Assembly (NCBI RefSeq): GCF_040938485.1 | Contig: NW_027271112.1 | Span: forward strand, 434,001-498,000 | DNA: 64,000 nt | From: Diadema antillarum | Lineage: Eukaryota | Direction of reading: 5' to 3' | In this document: piece by piece, positions 59,528 through 64,000 of the stretch | Numbering within the stretch: position 1 is the first letter of the stretch | Layout of the letters: each line of letters starts with the position of its first letter | Translations under genes and position numbers: made by a program | The notes under the pieces: generated by a model | What the model saw: only the letters and a program-made list of their open reading frames with translations | Told to the model about the DNA's origin: nothing | Database searches by the model: none

Positions 59528-62500
59528 ATATACTTTACCTGGATGACTGAGAACATTGACAGTCACTACATGACTCTTTTGTATGCAAGGGTTGTTGTTG
59601 ATTTTTTTCCTTTCATTTTTTTAAACCAACAATAACTAATTAAAACACAGATCAAGTAAGAAGGTTTATTTTAAGTATTTAGATTACATACCAAACTACA
59701 GGTTAAGAATTCGTATATGTATCCGAAATGTCAGAGAAGACAACCATTTGTAAACTAATCTCTTATAATCTTCATAGTCTTGTCTGAGACCAGTATGGTG
59801 AGATGTCATTCAACTTGATTACTCCGCACGCATCGTTATCAGTGCGTCAATATATTTAAATCATGTCGAGCCAATCGTTCTGAATTGAATGTCTTCTCTC
59901 AATAAATCATCATACATGTACCACTAAAGTTGTTCAACTTCCAATAAAGACATGATTGGCATGATCTCAGATTCAGATAGTGATTTTCTGTGATTATAAT
60001 AATTTTAAAATCTCGGATCCATTGGTTATTGGAAGTAAACTTTGAAAAGTGTCAGTAATTATATCTGTTTATACCTCGTGTTTTGTCTTTTGTACTATGT
60101 CATTTATTAAGATACATTATTCTGATATATGACATTTTAACGATTCTCACGGCCTGCAACCATGCTTTTCTGGATGGAAGAAAAAAGACTGAAACTATAA
60201 TGGATACTTAATGACGACTTTATTAAAGACACAAACAAATAAGCAAATGTGAAACTGAAAGGTTTTTTTTCCCCCGATACTCAGTCGTGTTGTGCATTCC
60301 AGGAAAGCATAGGGTTAACAAGTGAGTTGTCATTGTAATGAAAAGTAATCTGGCTTTCTTATGATGTCATATTTAGATAAAATAATGCAAATTTGAGAGA
60401 AATATGATGAACTAAACTGGAATTGCGTACTTTTTTAGAAGTATATTATGACGTCAATTGCAATGCGCACAAAATACACATTTCTTGATCGTTTAGTGTT
60501 ACTTCCACCATATCGAAAAGGTGTTTTATATACCTGAAGCAATCAAATTATGGAGTAAGATATAAATACGCAAACGATTACCGGAATACACTAAGATGCA
60601 ATGATGCCGTTTCCGTTTATCCTATACTATTCAAATAACCATAGCGTTCTTAAAAAATTTTACGAAATCGACTAAAGTGATTATATCGTTGTTTTGGTGT
60701 ATGTTTTCTATGTAAACTTATCCTATCTCAAGGACATCTTGGTTAATTCGTCACCCTGCTTATCGGTTTTTCAAATCGCTGCTTATAAGAATGCAAAAGT
60801 ATATAGGACAAGGAAATCAAAATGGCACAATGTGTGTACTAGCTGCGTGTTTCTTTATGCATTGATTTTTATCCGAAGCAATGTCTCCAATACGATTCTT
60901 ACGGGATTGTAATATACGTTGGACTGTAGGCCTATCTTAAGTTTGACAACCACAGTGAAATGGTGAGTCGAGGAGCAAGGGATGGTTATTATGCCAGAGT
61001 ATACACTCACCAAGTTTTATTTGACGAATTGAATCGTTCTTCTAAATTGATATTCCTTAAATTGGAACTCAGCGCCTCTGGGCCAAAGTCAGATATTCAA
61101 ACCCATTACGTTTGAAGACGTTTGATTATTGATGAAGGAGATATTTTATGCCAGTGGAAAAAAAATAAAGCTACATTACACGTCACTCTTTCCACAGAGG
61201 GTTCAATAACAATAAAATCATCTTGACAATCAACGTATAATATTTTCAAGATTTGTTTGCATCCCATAAGCTGGGAATTATCAGTTCTTTGTAGATATGA
61301 CCTACATGCATTATATATATGTATATATATATATATATATATATGTACATAATATAGGCCTATATATAACGGTCTTATGATGCTCTCGTAAGTAGTTCAC
61401 TGGAATACAAACCCTGAATGTGTACATTAAAATTCTCCCTTCAAAGTTTCACGGGCTCATAGACATAGACTAATCATTTGGACATTCACATACATGACTG
61501 ATATTTTTCTCAACCTGTTTAAATAGTTATTGTGTTAATTAGCTTCAGGTGTGTGAGTCTCGTACTCGTCAAACTGTAAGGCCTACATTACACAGTATAT
61601 TACAGTGGAAACTCGATCCTGCCGTTATTTTGTATGGGTGCGACATAGGAGTCTATTAGTAAGTGCGAGTGAGATTCGTGATATCACAGTGACGGCAACA
61701 CAGCTATAAATGCCATGGAGGTCATTAAGTCTATCAACACATCTGACATAACCCAACTTGTCCAACTGCTTACAATACATCCTCATAATCTGATACACGT
61801 ACCATTGTTTCACTCAATTTTCAGAATTGGTTTCTCTGCATGATATGCAGGGAAGGTATACGGACATAAGAAAATGTTTCTTTTTGTCTTCAATTGCGTT
61901 AAGCCTTCTAGGAGACTAACGTAAGACTCATAAGCTGTAGATTTTACAATGTATTTGATTAACATACAGGGGTTATCGAATGATGATCTTATTTGTTTTC
62001 TATTTAAGAAGCGTCTAATCATTAAAAAAGAAGTGGTGATAAAAATAGGGAGTGTTCTCCTTTTCACCGAAGTTGAGGTATACATGCTCTTATAATACGT
62101 GCTTATTAAACTACATTCTTTTTTAGTGCAGATGTCAACCAAGACATGTCACTCTCCATGACTGCTTGTAAATCTAGAGGCCTCAATGAACTGCACAGAG
62201 CTAGTCACATCTTAAATATTGCCGGTATCCGGATTATTCTGCTCAGCTTGGGTTTGGGATTTGGTTTTCATTTCACTTAAAATGGCTAATCACTTCGTCC
62301 AAAGGCGTGCTTCAAAGTGTACTTGATGTTAAATGCAAAATAACCAAAATACTCAAAATCAAATCAATGTACAAGTACAAGCCGAAAATGATGCGTATAG
62401 GTGAAAGTCGTTACGTAAATTGACAGTACATGTATAGCTTGTCAGAGTAAGAAAATACAAAATAGATACACTTGAGCAATATCTAAACATATACAATGCC

Positions 62501-63435
62501 GATGAAAGGAATGTACATAACGTAATAGTAATGAATGATTCAACATGCACTCTTATGCTGAAGAAAGTTGTTCTACATTTTTCATCTTCAGCATGTAAAC
62601 CAGACAACGTTTCTTGATATTTTTACTTGGTTTGGGTTAAACCAAAGAGTCAATTCCTTTAACCCATTACCAAGCAAAATGATGCTCCTATGAAAGATTC
62701 GTAGATCCGTGGGGATCGGGCTAACCACCGAAGTTTAATGATTTGTTTCCTGACTTATTTCGACCTTCCCTGCATATTTTCTTCAAAACTATGCATTTGT
62801 TGTTGTTTTTTTCGTTTTCACTAAAGCTGACAGTCAAATAAAAATACAAACAAAGACCTGAGCAAACACCCCTAAAAACGTGGCTGCATTGGCGAAGGTA
62901 ATTTTCAGGAATCGGAAGGCGTGCAATAATACCGGTAATTTATGTCAAATACATTGTAAAATGAACTGACGACGAATCCAGTAAGAGGTCTGAATCAGAC
63001 AATAATCCGGGTTACTATAAATACACCAAAAACCCTTGCTCCATGTCTGACTTCACGGAAAATTTCCTTTAATCCATTGATTGTATATGTTTGTGTGTGT
63101 TGTGTGTGTGAATTGCTAGCAAAGAAACGAACAAACAGCGGACAACAGCGCAATAGATTTATTTTCAGGATAAATGATCAATGAACTGATAAATCTTCGT
63201 CAAAACCATTGTTCGGCGTTTTGGTACCTCGCCACAGAAAGATCACAGAACGTTCTACTTCGTCTCTGATAATCATGTCAATTCCTGCAGATATAAGCTG
63301 AGCATATACTTAAGATATTATTTTACATCTCCAACGTGAGCCGAAATAATGCTGTACACTGAAGAAGTGCATTTGAAAGTTGCTTCGGACGCTTCCTGCT
63401 GATGGTTATGGCAGTCAACATTTTATTCCCTTTCT

Positions 63436-64000
63436 TTATTGATGCTCAGATTCCTGAACATATCCTTGCAACCTTTTAGTATCATGGAAAAGGGGCGACA
63501 CCATTGGGAAGTCAAAAGCATTCGACTTGAACGTGAGTGTAGAATTGTCTGTGTCGTCATCAGATAAACACAGGAAAGGACAGCTTTTCGAAATATAGTC
63601 TTTGATGGATACTGATGGATTGGTCACTCTGCAGTTAATGAAGGATATGCAGCAGTTGTCATTGGTCACTAAGCCTAATGGCTTTTGCCCAGACGTCATG
63701 ATGCAACAGTTATGGTAATGAAGACGAAGAACGACATTTCCCAAACACTTTCGAGCCCAGAAAAGCACGTAGCCAATGTTGATCGGATCTACAACATGAA
63801 TGAATCGGAGAGAGAACACACGTGGAGTCCCATCGCTGTGTACAAGGATTGGCTCTTGGCTATCATTCTTGTCGCGACATTCTCTCAAAGTTTTGATGTC
63901 TTCTATCTCGACCTCGCTCAAATCGCCAAGTACAGCTTTAGCGAGAGAGAGTATTTCCAAATTTGGAAACATCCGACTAGTCAGAGACAAGATGGTGGGG
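63436..64000 (-). CDS. 3' part of an unidentified ORF running off the window (possible LRR-type C-terminus)
   Basis: Frame open from the window edge (PTILSLTSRMFPNLEILSL...) to a stop at 63436-63438, more than 185 codons, coding-like GC content. One LxxLxL-like motif only. Confidence 0.5.
   Translation of the reverse strand, partial: PTILSLTSRMFPNLEILSLAKAVLGDLSEVEIEDIKTLRECRDKNDSQEPILVHSDGTPRVFSLRFIHVVDPINIGYVLFWARKCLGNVVLRLHYHNCCIMTSGQKPLGLVTNDNCCISFINCRVTNPSVSIKDYISKSCPFLCLSDDDTDNSTLTFKSNAFDFPMVSPLFHDTKRLQGYVQESEHQ

Noticed and set aside
61625-62142. Two adjacent minus-strand ORFs as a decayed transposase
   Set aside because: No DDE or other diagnostic motif that I can support
28746-63885. 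Shared 11-12-mers between the terminal ORF and the decayed sequence at 28.6-29.8 kb
   Set aside because: The matches occur in non-colinear order and are consistent with chance

Overview
Eukaryotic, AT-rich, intron-containing genomic DNA. The repeat families and gene style suggest an invertebrate deuterostome, probably an echinoderm (inference). Genes found: a probable His-rich last coding exon of an unidentified upstream gene (472-585, +); ABT1/Esf2 (2 coding exons, -); ketohexokinase KHK (7 coding exons, +); a UDP-glycosyltransferase (UGT) locus (+); and an unidentified ORF running off the right edge (-). The main result is the UGT architecture. Three tandem first exons (1a intact, 1b frameshifted, 1c intact) each encode a signal peptide plus the whole acceptor-binding half, have their own TATA-region, and end in the same phase-0 donor. 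They are followed by only one set of four exons (56176-59192) encoding the UDP-sugar-binding half, TM helix and KxKxx tail. This is the variable-exon/constant-region design of the vertebrate UGT1A locus; splicing of 1a to the constant exons is inferred, not shown. The rest is a dense transposon landscape: a full-length CR1-group LINE nested in an L2-like LINE, many MITEs with readable TIRs and TSDs, recent tandem duplications and several long hairpins. No rRNA, tRNA or CRISPR array was recognised.
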